A program made the translations under genes and the position numbers. Below are positions 19,968-28,522 of a DNA stretch of 64,000 nucleotides, one piece after another (the stretch's first letter is position 1; the number at the start of each line of letters is the position of its first letter). The stretch comes from Deltaproteobacteria bacterium. Its GTDB lineage: Bacteria; Myxococcota_A; Polyangia; Fen-1088. The stretch is taken from contig JANRKS010000019.1 in NCBI GenBank assembly GCA_033763315.1, positions 352,001 through 416,000 of the forward strand, in the 5' to 3' direction. The notes under the pieces were generated by a model. It had not been told where the DNA came from. It made no database searches and worked only from the letters and a program-made list of their open reading frames with translations.

Positions 19968-21365
19968 ATGAACGGCGGGCAGAACGCAAAGCGGCCGGCC
20001 CTTGGGCGGTGCCTGGTGGCGATGGCTGTTTTGCTTCTCGGCGGCTGCCGCTCACGCGGACTGCTTCCGCGCGGCGAGGGGGAGGCCGTGGTGGTCATGG
20101 AGCCAGACGCGGCGGTGGCGCCTGGCGCCACGGTGGAGGTTCCTGCGACGACCGAGCATGAGCCCAACAACACGACCGCGCAGGCTGAGCGTGTGTATCT
20201 GGCGCCTTGGCCGCTTTTGCCAGGTGCGCCCGTGGGTGACAACGCGGCCGCCGCCTCCGCCACGCCTTCGTGGGCCGTGCAGGGCGAGCTTGCGGCAGGC
20301 AAGGACGTTGACACCTATCGGCTAACTTTGGTGCCGGCCGATGGCTTCGCCGCTGATGCCGGCGTGGCCGACGCAGGGCCGGGGGAGCCAGGTGGCGGTT
20401 TCGCGAGCTTGCGGATCGAACTTACGCCCGGACCCACGGGGCTGGCGAACGGCGTGGTCTTGGAGGGCAGGGCGCCTGGCGGGGCTCGGGTGGTGCAATT
20501 GTCGACGAAGGGCGAGGGGGTAATGGTGCCAAACGCAGGCTTGGTTCCGGGCACCGACCTGTTGTTGTCGGTCACGCGGGCGACGCGCAAGGGAACCGAT
20601 CCGGTGCCATACCGGTTGAGTGTGGTGGCGTCCGCTCCGCAATCCGGTGAAGAGGTTGAACCCAACGGCGATCCCGGCAAAGCCACACCCATTGCGTCTA
20701 CCACCGCCACTTTGGAGGCCGTCGGCTACTTGGGGTGGCGGCAGGATACGGATTGGTTTGCCGTCACCTTCCCGGCGCTGCCACCCGACACGGCTGTGTC
20801 GGTTGACCTGCAGCTACCGGGCGAAGGCGTGGCGAGCCTGGCGGTCGCGACCGATCTGGCGGCGGCGGTCACCCACGGCTACGCCCGGGGGGCAACCGAT
20901 CGTCTGCAGCTGCGGGGCGTCGGTGTTCCGGTGGGCGGCACCCTGTATGTGAAGGTGCAGAACGTGGGGCCCGCCGTGTTGCTTCAGCGTTATCGGTTGA
21001 CCCTTTCGGCGGTCCCGCTGGCGCCGGGGTATGAAGTGGAGCCCAACGATCAACAGGCGACGGTTGCGACCGCGACTGAATCCAAGTTATGGGGATTCCT
21101 GCATCCGGCTGGTGACGTTGATTCCTTTAAGGTCTGCCAGCGGGCGGGCATGACCTTTTCTGTGGAGGGGGCACCCCGTTTGGACCTCTTAGTGAGTGTG
21201 ACCGACGCGGCGGGCGCGCCCTTACTTTCGTTCCCTGTTTCGGGCTCAAAAGCGGTTCAAAGCCCGCCCATGCCAGCGGGGGATTGTTTGTTCATCCAGG
21301 TTCGAGATAAATCAGGTAAAGGAGCGAATTCACTAGAGCCTTACTCGATCACCTTCGGCGGCTAA
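19968..21365 (+). CDS. Lipoprotein with three PPC-like domains
   Basis: Lipobox LLGGC; three E-x-E-P-N starts, each followed by D-x-D-x-(Y/F). Confidence 0.65.
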   Translation: MNGGQNAKRPALGRCLVAMAVLLLGGCRSRGLLPRGEGEAVVVMEPDAAVAPGATVEVPATTEHEPNNTTAQAERVYLAPWPLLPGAPVGDNAAAASATPSWAVQGELAAGKDVDTYRLTLVPADGFAADAGVADAGPGEPGGGFASLRIELTPGPTGLANGVVLEGRAPGGARVVQLSTKGEGVMVPNAGLVPGTDLLLSVTRATRKGTDPVPYRLSVVASAPQSGEEVEPNGDPGKATPIASTTATLEAVGYLGWRQDTDWFAVTFPALPPDTAVSVDLQLPGEGVASLAVATDLAAAVTHGYARGATDRLQLRGVGVPVGGTLYVKVQNVGPAVLLQRYRLTLSAVPLAPGYEVEPNDQQATVATATESKLWGFLHPAGDVDSFKVCQRAGMTFSVEGAPRLDLLVSVTDAAGAPLLSFPVSGSKAVQSPPMPAGDCLFIQVRDKSGKGANSLEPYSITFGG

Positions 21366-21457
21366 TGTTGCCGCTTTGAATCGTTCCGGGGGTGGCAACA
21401 TCAAATGATTGAGACGGTTCTTAAGAAAGCCCGCCAAGCCGTCGCTTCTTGACTAAA

Positions 21458-21473
21458 GGGCGCCAATATTGCA
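21458..21473 (+). promoter_or_regulatory. Putative sigma54 (-24/-12) promoter for the small ORF
   Basis: GGGCGCC-AATA-TTGCA with GG-N10-GC spacing; predicted transcription start ~21484, just before SD AGGGGG. Confidence 0.5.
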
Positions 21474-21496
21474 AGCCTTTAAGTAGGGGGTTCGTC

Positions 21497-21679
21497 ATGC
21501 TCGACCCATGGATCATTGAACAAATAAGACGGCGCGAAACAGAAGAGCGCCGTCGTCGAGAACAGCCAATGCTCGAGCTGCCCCTGCCAGAACCCGAGGC
21601 GGAAGATTATGAGCGTCCGTCGACTGGATGGTCTCGGGAACCGCAGCCTGAGCGTGGTGTCGTAATCATAGGCATGTGA
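21497..21679 (+). CDS. 60-aa small charged protein of unknown function
   Basis: AGGGGG SD 6 nt before ATG; MLDPWIIEQIRRRE...ERGVVIIGM; fills an otherwise empty intergenic gap. Confidence 0.7.
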   Translation: MLDPWIIEQIRRRETEERRRREQPMLELPLPEPEAEDYERPSTGWSREPQPERGVVIIGM

Positions 21680-21781
21680 CCTGAGCGTCACATGATTGGG
21701 GAAACTCAAGCGGCGCTTGGGTAACGGAAGCTCGTCGCTTCAAAAGCCGAGCGCCGCTTTCGAAATATCTGGTTTTTTGCC

Positions 21782-21798
21782 CTGGCACACGTTTCGCT
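21782..21798 (+). promoter_or_regulatory. Putative sigma54 promoter for the ATPase-TPR gene
   Basis: CTGGCACA-CGTT-TCGCT versus consensus YTGGCACG-N4-TTGCW. Confidence 0.5.
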
Positions 21799-21811
21799 GT
21801 GTCATGGCTGC

Positions 21812-24451
21812 ATGACGGCACCGTCTCAAGACGTCACGCGGATACAGCCTTTGCCCCTGTCGTCGATGGAGGTGGCGTTCGTGCCTCGCCCCACCGAGTG
21901 GAGGGCGCTGGACACCGCCTTGGAGCGAGCGGTTAAGTTCGAGGCACCGCAGATCGTCACGTTGGTGGGGCCCCTGGGGATTGGGAAATCTCGGCTGCTG
22001 GAGGCGTGGCTTGACGATGTGCAAAAGCGCAGCGTCTACCGCACCGTGAAGGCCGGCCGCCGTGAAGGCACCATCGCTGCCAAGTCGGTGCCGGAACGCT
22101 TCGCATGGTTAGGTGCGTTTTTACGGAAGCGCATTGGTCTGACAAAAACGATGGGCCAGCAAACCGCCATGGAGCTGTTCCGAGGCGAACTGCAGTCGGT
22201 GTTCGGGGATCGCCGCGTGGCGGAAGTGGCTGCGTTCTTGGGTCCCTTCTTGGGATTCGAGTTGCCCGAGAGCCCGATTCTTCACGCGCTAGCAGGGAAG
22301 CCAGATTCCTACGCGGATGTGGCGCGGGCGGTGTTGTGTCGCTTCTTGGAAGAAGACGCGCGCCTGACGCCGCTGGTGATCGTGCTTGAAGATCTCGACG
22401 TCGCGGACGAGGCCTCATTGGAGATGGTGGCGGCGCTCAGCAAGGATTTGGGCGAAGCCCCACTTGTCATAGTGTGCTCGGCGCGCCCGGAACTTTTCGT
22501 GCGTCACGCTGAGTGGGGGCGCTGGGGGGGCAGTCACGCCCGGGTTGATTTGGCGCCTTTCGAGCCGCGCCAGATCCAGGCGTTGGTCACCGGCGTGCTT
22601 GAGGGGCCCGCGGATGCGGGTTTACTCGAGCGTCTTGAAGACGAGTCGGCTGGCAACCCTCGTGCGGTGTTGCGCGTGTTGGAGGCCTATTGGCGCCGCG
22701 GGTTCGTCACACAAGCTGCACCTCACACGGCGTGGCGTCTGGAGGGCCACGAGTGTTTGCCACCGCTGGCCGTCGAGGTTTCGCCTGAACAGGCGGCGGC
22801 CACGCGCTTGGCATCTTTGTCGCCGGCCGAACGCGATCTGCTGTCGCGGGGCGCGGCATTTGGTTATTCGTTCACAACGGGCGGTGTGATCGCCCTGGGC
22901 CGCTTGGGTGGCGCGCCTTCAGATCCCACCACTGTGTTTGCGCCCGATCCAACGATCGAGCAAACCCGCCAGATGCTGGTGGTGCTTGAGGCGCGCGGTT
23001 ATCTTGAGCGCCTGGCCGAATCGCAACTGCCGGGCGAGCATGAATGGAAGTTCGCCACGCAAAGCGATCGCGACATGCTCATGGGCAGCAGCGATCCAGA
23101 AGTGGCACGCCGGCGCCGCGTGTTCGCCGCGCAATGGATCGAGGGACGCACAGGGATCGCCGCTGCGGCTGAGCGGTTCGAATGGTTGGCGAATCTGTAC
23201 GAAGGTGGCGGCGACGAACGTCGCGCGGGTGAGTGCTTCGTGGCCGCGGCCAACCGGGCGCGCGACGAAGGGCGATTGGAACACGCGCGCGGCCTTTACC
23301 TCAAGGGCGTGCGTTTGCTCGACATGGGCGATTCCGTGTTCAAGATGGACGCGCTTCACCAGTTGGGCGACGTGGCGGCGCGGGCCGGCCGCACGCGCGA
23401 GGCGCTGGCTCATTTTGCAGAGATGCTGCAGATCGCGTGGCGGCTGGATCTGCCCGCCAAAGGCGGCGCCGCGCACGCGCGCATCGGGCGTTTGCATCGC
23501 ACGCTTGGCAATTACAAGTTGGCGCTCCGCCATCTTGAGCTTGGGCGCCTCCTGTTCGAATTGGCGGGCGACGTGCCGGGCTTGGCTGCCTCCTATGATG
23601 ACGTGGGCCGCGTCCACATGTTAACCGGCAACGTCGAAACAGCGATGCAGTGCCACCGGCAATCGCTTGATCTGCGCGAGTCGATGAACGACACGCGCGG
23701 CAAGGCTTTAACGCTCTCGTGGCTGGGCTTGTGCGAAGCCCAGCGGGGCGATCTGCAGGCCGCAACCAATTGCTTTGCAGCGTCGTTGCAATTGGCGAAA
23801 GCCGAAGGTGATGAACGTGCCGTGGCTTTCGCTTTGATGGATCAAGCGGCGGTCGAGCGCGAGCTGGATCGGCCTGACCGCGCGCGTGCCTTGTTGGAAG
23901 AAGCACGCGAAATTGTGCGGCGTTTGTCGGACACGCTGACCGAATCGCACCTTGGCATTCAGATCGGCGAGTGCTTCTTGCAGGTGAAGTGGCCGAAGCA
24001 GGCCGAACAGGAATTTCTCACAGCCAAGAAGCTGGCCGAGCGGTTCGGCACCAAGCGTTTGGTGTCGCAAGCGGAACGCGGTTTGGCAGAAGCGAAGCTT
24101 GCCCAAGCGGACAACCACGCCGCCTACAACCACGCAGAGTGCGCTTTGCGTTTGGCTGAATCGATCGGCGTGCCTACGTTGGTGGGCGCCGCTTTGCGCG
24201 TGCTGGCGCAATCGGTGGTGGCAGGCGCGTTGCCGGATCCAGATCGCGGCGGCGCGCGCGAACTGTTTGATCGCGCGGTGGAAGTCCTCTCGGATCAAGG
24301 GTCGGAGCTTGAGCTTGGTCGCACGCTGGCGGCCTATGCGGCGTTCGAGAAGAAGCTCGGGCGGCGCGCGGCCGCCAACGATTTGCAAGATCAAGCGGAC
24401 ACGATCAGAGCGCGCGCGTTTGCGGGCCAGGCCACACAGGCCGCGGAGTGA
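21812..24451 (+). CDS. AAA_16/STAND-like P-loop ATPase with C-terminal TPR array
   Basis: Walker A GPLGIGKS, Walker B IVLEDLD, SARPE, GNP motif, then multiple TPR-like helical repeats. Confidence 0.8.
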   Translation: MTAPSQDVTRIQPLPLSSMEVAFVPRPTEWRALDTALERAVKFEAPQIVTLVGPLGIGKSRLLEAWLDDVQKRSVYRTVKAGRREGTIAAKSVPERFAWLGAFLRKRIGLTKTMGQQTAMELFRGELQSVFGDRRVAEVAAFLGPFLGFELPESPILHALAGKPDSYADVARAVLCRFLEEDARLTPLVIVLEDLDVADEASLEMVAALSKDLGEAPLVIVCSARPELFVRHAEWGRWGGSHARVDLAPFEPRQIQALVTGVLEGPADAGLLERLEDESAGNPRAVLRVLEAYWRRGFVTQAAPHTAWRLEGHECLPPLAVEVSPEQAAATRLASLSPAERDLLSRGAAFGYSFTTGGVIALGRLGGAPSDPTTVFAPDPTIEQTRQMLVVLEARGYLERLAESQLPGEHEWKFATQSDRDMLMGSSDPEVARRRRVFAAQWIEGRTGIAAAAERFEWLANLYEGGGDERRAGECFVAAANRARDEGRLEHARGLYLKGVRLLDMGDSVFKMDALHQLGDVAARAGRTREALAHFAEMLQIAWRLDLPAKGGAAHARIGRLHRTLGNYKLALRHLELGRLLFELAGDVPGLAASYDDVGRVHMLTGNVETAMQCHRQSLDLRESMNDTRGKALTLSWLGLCEAQRGDLQAATNCFAASLQLAKAEGDERAVAFALMDQAAVERELDRPDRARALLEEAREIVRRLSDTLTESHLGIQIGECFLQVKWPKQAEQEFLTAKKLAERFGTKRLVSQAERGLAEAKLAQADNHAAYNHAECALRLAESIGVPTLVGAALRVLAQSVVAGALPDPDRGGARELFDRAVEVLSDQGSELELGRTLAAYAAFEKKLGRRAAANDLQDQADTIRARAFAGQATQAAE

Positions 24452-24476
24452 TCCCCGCTTCGGTTAGACTGCAGCC

Positions 24477-25400
24477 GTGATCGCGCTGTTGGCTGTGGCC
24501 GTGGCAACCGCCGCGGGGATTGTGGTGGTGCCGTCAGAGCAAAGCCTGACGTGCCCCTCCGCCGATCAGCTCGCGTTTGCGTTGCGCACGCGGCTGCCAC
24601 AGATTGTGGGCGAAGAGGGCGTGGGGCTGCCGGCGCCGTTGTGGCTGAGGCTGCGAGGCGTGGCGCCGTCGCTCGAAGTGCAACTGCGCGACGCTCAGGG
24701 AAAGACCGTCCTGTCGCGTGACTTACGTTTGCAGAGCACCACCGTGGATTGTGCGTCCCTGGCGGAGACCGTGTCGCTCATCGTTGAGCGCTACTTAGAC
24801 GAATTGCAGGTGCAGCGGTTGGAGGCGTTGCGGCCACAACCCGCGCCGCCCCTGGCGCCACCGCCGTTGCCGGTGCCTGCGACGTGGGTCGCTGGCCTGC
24901 GTACGCTGGTGCGATCCGGTCGCGGTGTTTGGCTGCCCCCGGGCGGTGAGCTGTGGCTGCAGCGCGAGACGAGCCAGGGCTCCTGGCGCCGCTCGGGGGG
25001 GGCCGCGGCGGGCCTCCTCCGCACCGAAACAGATGTGGACCAGGCGACCTTCGGGCGCCTCGAAGCGTGGCTCTTGCTGCGTGCGGCCGTGGGGAGGGTC
25101 TGGGGCCGGCACCGGCTGGGCATCGCTGCCGATGGGGGGATCGCCGGGGTTCGTGCCTCGCGCCGTGCCGGCGAGTCATCGCGTTCGGCCTGGGGGGCCG
25201 AGCCTTGGGTGGGGCTTGGCGCCCGTTACCGTTTGGGGTTGGGCACACGGTGGTTTGTGGAAGCCGCCGGGGGCGTGTATGGAGCCATCGTACGCCACGA
25301 GCTGGTGGTGCGGCAGGTGCCCCAAGACACCCGTCAGGTGGTGGCCGCAACACCTCGAATCTTTACGGACTTTGGCCTTGGGCTCGGGCTACAATTTTAA
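24477..25400 (+). CDS. Secreted/outer-membrane protein (small Cys-pair domain, Pro linker, probable beta-barrel)
   Basis: Signal-like N-terminus; CPS...DCASL; PQPAPPLAPPPLPVP linker; Gly-rich amphipathic strands; C-terminal GLGLGLQF. Confidence 0.65.
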   Translation: MIALLAVAVATAAGIVVVPSEQSLTCPSADQLAFALRTRLPQIVGEEGVGLPAPLWLRLRGVAPSLEVQLRDAQGKTVLSRDLRLQSTTVDCASLAETVSLIVERYLDELQVQRLEALRPQPAPPLAPPPLPVPATWVAGLRTLVRSGRGVWLPPGGELWLQRETSQGSWRRSGGAAAGLLRTETDVDQATFGRLEAWLLLRAAVGRVWGRHRLGIAADGGIAGVRASRRAGESSRSAWGAEPWVGLGARYRLGLGTRWFVEAAGGVYGAIVRHELVVRQVPQDTRQVVAATPRIFTDFGLGLGLQF

Positions 25401-25402
25401 AA

Positions 25403-25432
25403 TGACGAAGCTTGCCGGCCGCCGCCTCTAAC
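25403..25432 (+). promoter_or_regulatory. Putative ECF-sigma promoter (autoregulatory)
   Basis: TGACGAA-N17-TCTAAC with an AT-rich upstream run; near-identical motif at 28439-28468. Confidence 0.55.
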
Positions 25433-25448
25433 TGGCCAGGAACACACG

Positions 25449-26066
25449 ATGGCATTGGGTGGGGTTGCACAGCCGGGCGCCAAGCTTTCAGACCGAGAGC
25501 TGGTGCATCAGTGCGTCTGCGGTGATCCCAACGGTTGGCGGTGTTTGTACGATCGCTACGTTGGGCAAGTGATCCGTTTCGTCAGTGCGCTGGGTGTGGC
25601 GGCCGATGAGCGCGACGACGCGGTTCAAGAGGTTTTCGTGGCGGTGTATCGCAGTCTGCCCTCGTTCCGCGGCGAGTCTCAGTTGTCGACATGGATCTAC
25701 CGGATTGCCGCGCGGCACGTGTCGAAGCTGGCGAGCCGCCGCCGTTTTCGCGACATGCTCAGCAGCATGTTGTGGCGCGAGCTCAAGGACGACGTTGACG
25801 CGAATCAAGCCGGACCCGAAAGCGTCGAACGATCCTCAGAGCTAGAGATGCTGGATCGCATGCTGGAAAAGCTTAGTCCGAAAAAACGCACGGCCTTGGT
25901 GTTGTTTGAGATTGAAGGCTTGCCGGTTGAGCAAGTGGCTGAGATCGTGGGCTGCCCCGTGAACACTGTTTGGTCGCGCCTTCACCATGCCCGCGCCGAG
26001 CTTTCGAAGCTTGCGCGCAAAGGCACCTGGCGGCCGGTGACCGCGAGGGCGGGAGGGCCAACATGA
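25449..26066 (+). CDS. ECF RNA polymerase sigma factor
   Basis: Region 2 DAVQEVF...FRGESQLSTWIYRIA; region 4 LSPKKRTALVLFEIEG...VNTVWSRLHHAR. Confidence 0.95.
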   Translation: MALGGVAQPGAKLSDRELVHQCVCGDPNGWRCLYDRYVGQVIRFVSALGVAADERDDAVQEVFVAVYRSLPSFRGESQLSTWIYRIAARHVSKLASRRRFRDMLSSMLWRELKDDVDANQAGPESVERSSELEMLDRMLEKLSPKKRTALVLFEIEGLPVEQVAEIVGCPVNTVWSRLHHARAELSKLARKGTWRPVTARAGGPT

Positions 26067-27259
26067 GCTGGCTTGATGAATTGGGGCCCGAAGGCGAGGC
26101 CTTGCACAAAGGTTTACAGGCAGCGCAAGATCGCACCGGCGATGAACTCACGCGCCGTCGTTTGTGGGCACAGCTGGCGCACGTGCGGCCGGCGAAGATG
26201 AAGCGTCGGCGCTGGCCAAAACCGGTGTTTGGTTTTGCGGCGGCCGCGTGCATCGGCGCCCTTGTGTATGTGACGTGGCCAACCGGAAAGGGGCCCGTAC
26301 AAATGGCTTCGAATACGCCGCCCGCGCCGGTGGCACAGGAAGCGGCGTCGCGTTCGCCGTCGTTTTTGCAGGGCCCGGCCGTGGTGCGAACCGGAAAAGA
26401 CGAGACCATGCACGTGAGGTTGCGAGGTGGCGCGCGCTTGGCGTTGGCCACGCAAACGCAGCTTGTCCTAAGCGCGCAAGACGCACCAGAAGTGAAGATC
26501 GGCACCGTATCGCTTGAGGTGCCCAAACAAGAGCCGGGCAAGCACTTTCACGTTGTGGCGGGGCCATTCAAGGTGGTTGTGGTCGGTACGCGCTTCACCG
26601 TGTCGGTGCGCCCCGAGAGCGTGGGCGTTGAGGTGCAAGAGGGCGTGGTTGAAGTTGAACGTGAGGGGGGCGCCGTGCGTCTTGAAGCCGGTCAAAATTG
26701 GACGGGGTGGCTTGTGGCGCCGCCCGCTCAACATGGGGCCGCGGCCGCGACGCGTGTCCACCCGCCGGTGGCGCGCCTTGTGCCACGGACACGATCGACG
26801 GGTCCTGTTGTGGTGCCATCCTTAGAGCCGCAAACGAGCCCTCCGGCTGTGATCACAACGCCACCTGCGGCGCCAAGTTTGGCCGTGCAGGCGCGCAATG
26901 CTTTGAAAGCGGGCGACACCGATCGTGCCTTGGCACTGCTGCAGACGCTCGCGGCGCAAAGTGGGCCCGGCAGCGAGAATGCCGTTTATGAGATGGGCCG
27001 CATTTGGCGCGATTTGAAGCGCCAACCGCGCAAAGCCCTCGACGTGTGGCGTGCCTATCAGTTTTCGCACCCTGCCGGCTTGCTTCGTCACGAAGTGGAT
27101 CTTTCGGTGATTGAAACGTTTGTGGCGCTTGGGGACACGAGCCATGCGTTGATTGAAGCAGAGGCGTTCTTGGCAAAGTACCCGCGCTCTGAACGTCGTT
27201 CGGAAGTCGTTCGCCTCAAACAACTGTTGCTTGATCGGCAAGCGCCTGCTGGTCCGTGA
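26063..27259 (+). CDS. FecR-domain anti-sigma factor with Pro linker and C-terminal TPR-like domain
   Basis: ATGA overlap with sigma; single TM helix; VVVVGTRFTV...VEVQEGVVEV FecR motif; FLAKYPRS helical repeat end. Confidence 0.85.
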   Translation: MSWLDELGPEGEALHKGLQAAQDRTGDELTRRRLWAQLAHVRPAKMKRRRWPKPVFGFAAAACIGALVYVTWPTGKGPVQMASNTPPAPVAQEAASRSPSFLQGPAVVRTGKDETMHVRLRGGARLALATQTQLVLSAQDAPEVKIGTVSLEVPKQEPGKHFHVVAGPFKVVVVGTRFTVSVRPESVGVEVQEGVVEVEREGGAVRLEAGQNWTGWLVAPPAQHGAAAATRVHPPVARLVPRTRSTGPVVVPSLEPQTSPPAVITTPPAAPSLAVQARNALKAGDTDRALALLQTLAAQSGPGSENAVYEMGRIWRDLKRQPRKALDVWRAYQFSHPAGLLRHEVDLSVIETFVALGDTSHALIEAEAFLAKYPRSERRSEVVRLKQLLLDRQAPAGP

Positions 27260-27272
27260 GGCGAGGCCCGTG

Positions 27273-28427
27273 ATGATCGGCATGCGAGCCGTGCATACTG
27301 GTTTTGTGTTGGCGTTCCTCGGCGTCGCCGTCGCGGCGTGCACGCAACAGCTTGATCTCGGCACGCAAAGCACGCGCACAGACGACGCCGCGATGCCGGA
27401 GGATACCAATGGAGCCGGCGGGCAAGCGCCGATCGGCGGTACTTCGGCAGGGGGCGGAGGCGGTACCTCGGCAGGCGGCGGAGGCGGTGCTTCGGGGGGC
27501 CGCGGCGGGCAGGGGGGCCTGGCATGCGAAACCACAATGTTTGACGTGCCATTTGACCCTGGCCGGCCGTTCGCGTTCGTGGCGGTGCAGCGATCGACTT
27601 CGATGCTCGAAAAAGTGGGGGAGCGTTCCAAGCTGGAGCTGGTGGGACACGTGCTGGGCAAGACGTTCAGCGATCGGCGGTTGCCAGTGGGGTTCGTGCA
27701 GTTTCCCGGCTATCAACCGTTGTGTGACGCCGAGGCGTCTTGCTGTTCCACCGATATTTTGCTGACGCCGAAAGCCGACGCAGGACGCATGATCGAGCGT
27801 CTGGTCCTTTGCCAAGAGCAACCTTCGTCGTGTTTTCAGACCGTGGCCTCGGTGCCCACGGCCGCCGCTTTACAACGCGTGCGTGTGTTCATCAAAGGGC
27901 TAAATGTGCCGGGCCGACGAACAATTTTGTTGTTCACGGACAGCGATCCCGCGTGCGGCGGGCAAAGCGTTTGCGATCAAACCATTGCTGAAACGGCGGG
28001 CCTGTTTCAAGAGGACGTCGATACCTTCGTGTTGCCTTTGGGCGCCAGTTCCGCTCAAGCCTCGTGCTTGCCGCGCATCGCGCGTGCGGGCGACACTTTG
28101 CCCGTGGATGCGCCCCTGCCAGCAATAACATCGGAGCCGGGCCTTTATGCCGCCGTGGACGCTGCCTTGGACACGATCGAAAAAGGCTTTTGCGAGTTGT
28201 CGCTGCGTTTTGCTTCCCGTCAGCCCGAACAACTGCGCGTTTTCATCGACGGTGTTGAAGTGCCCCGGGCGGGAGCGAAGCCTTCGTCATCCAGCTTCAT
28301 GTTCGCGAAGGGGTCATCCACCCGCATCACCATCAATGGAGCCGCCTGTGAGACTTTGAAGCGGCGCCCCGCTGACATCCGCATCTACCAAGCTTGCTGT
28401 GCCAACGATCGCGACTGCCGCCCGTGA
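27273..28427 (+). CDS. Lipoprotein with Gly-rich tether and vWA-like domain
   Basis: Lipobox VAAC; GGTSAGGG repeats; VQRSTSM, PT-x-x-AL, LFTDSDP, TFVLPLG vWA pattern; start at 27273 or 27282. Confidence 0.7.
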   Translation: MIGMRAVHTGFVLAFLGVAVAACTQQLDLGTQSTRTDDAAMPEDTNGAGGQAPIGGTSAGGGGGTSAGGGGGASGGRGGQGGLACETTMFDVPFDPGRPFAFVAVQRSTSMLEKVGERSKLELVGHVLGKTFSDRRLPVGFVQFPGYQPLCDAEASCCSTDILLTPKADAGRMIERLVLCQEQPSSCFQTVASVPTAAALQRVRVFIKGLNVPGRRTILLFTDSDPACGGQSVCDQTIAETAGLFQEDVDTFVLPLGASSAQASCLPRIARAGDTLPVDAPLPAITSEPGLYAAVDAALDTIEKGFCELSLRFASRQPEQLRVFIDGVEVPRAGAKPSSSSFMFAKGSSTRITINGAACETLKRRPADIRIYQACCANDRDCRP

Positions 28428-28438
28428 CGACGTTTTTT

Positions 28439-28468
28439 TGACGAACCCCGGGCCTCGCTGCCTCCAAC
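28439..28468 (+). promoter_or_regulatory. Putative ECF-sigma target promoter
   Basis: TGACGAA-N17-TCCAAC preceded by a T-run; matches 25403-25432. Confidence 0.55.
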
Positions 28469-28522
28469 GGTCAACAAAGCGCTGAGATGGTGCTTTGCGA
28501 TTTTCATCTCTTGGAGGTTTTC

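Noticed and set aside
21673-21694. TGTGA...TCACA palindrome resembling a CRP site, or a UGA-plus-hairpin recoding signal
   Set aside because: Spacer is 8 nt rather than 6; it overlaps the stop codon; readthrough adds only a short featureless peptide
22678-22709. Minus-strand TGACGAA...TCCAAC resembling the ECF promoter motif
   Set aside because: Spacer is 19 nt rather than 17 and the site is antisense inside a CDS; probably chance
25449-26066. CxC near the sigma N-terminus, suggesting a CorE-type metal-sensing ECF
   Set aside because: No C-terminal Cys-rich domain, and a cognate anti-sigma gene is present
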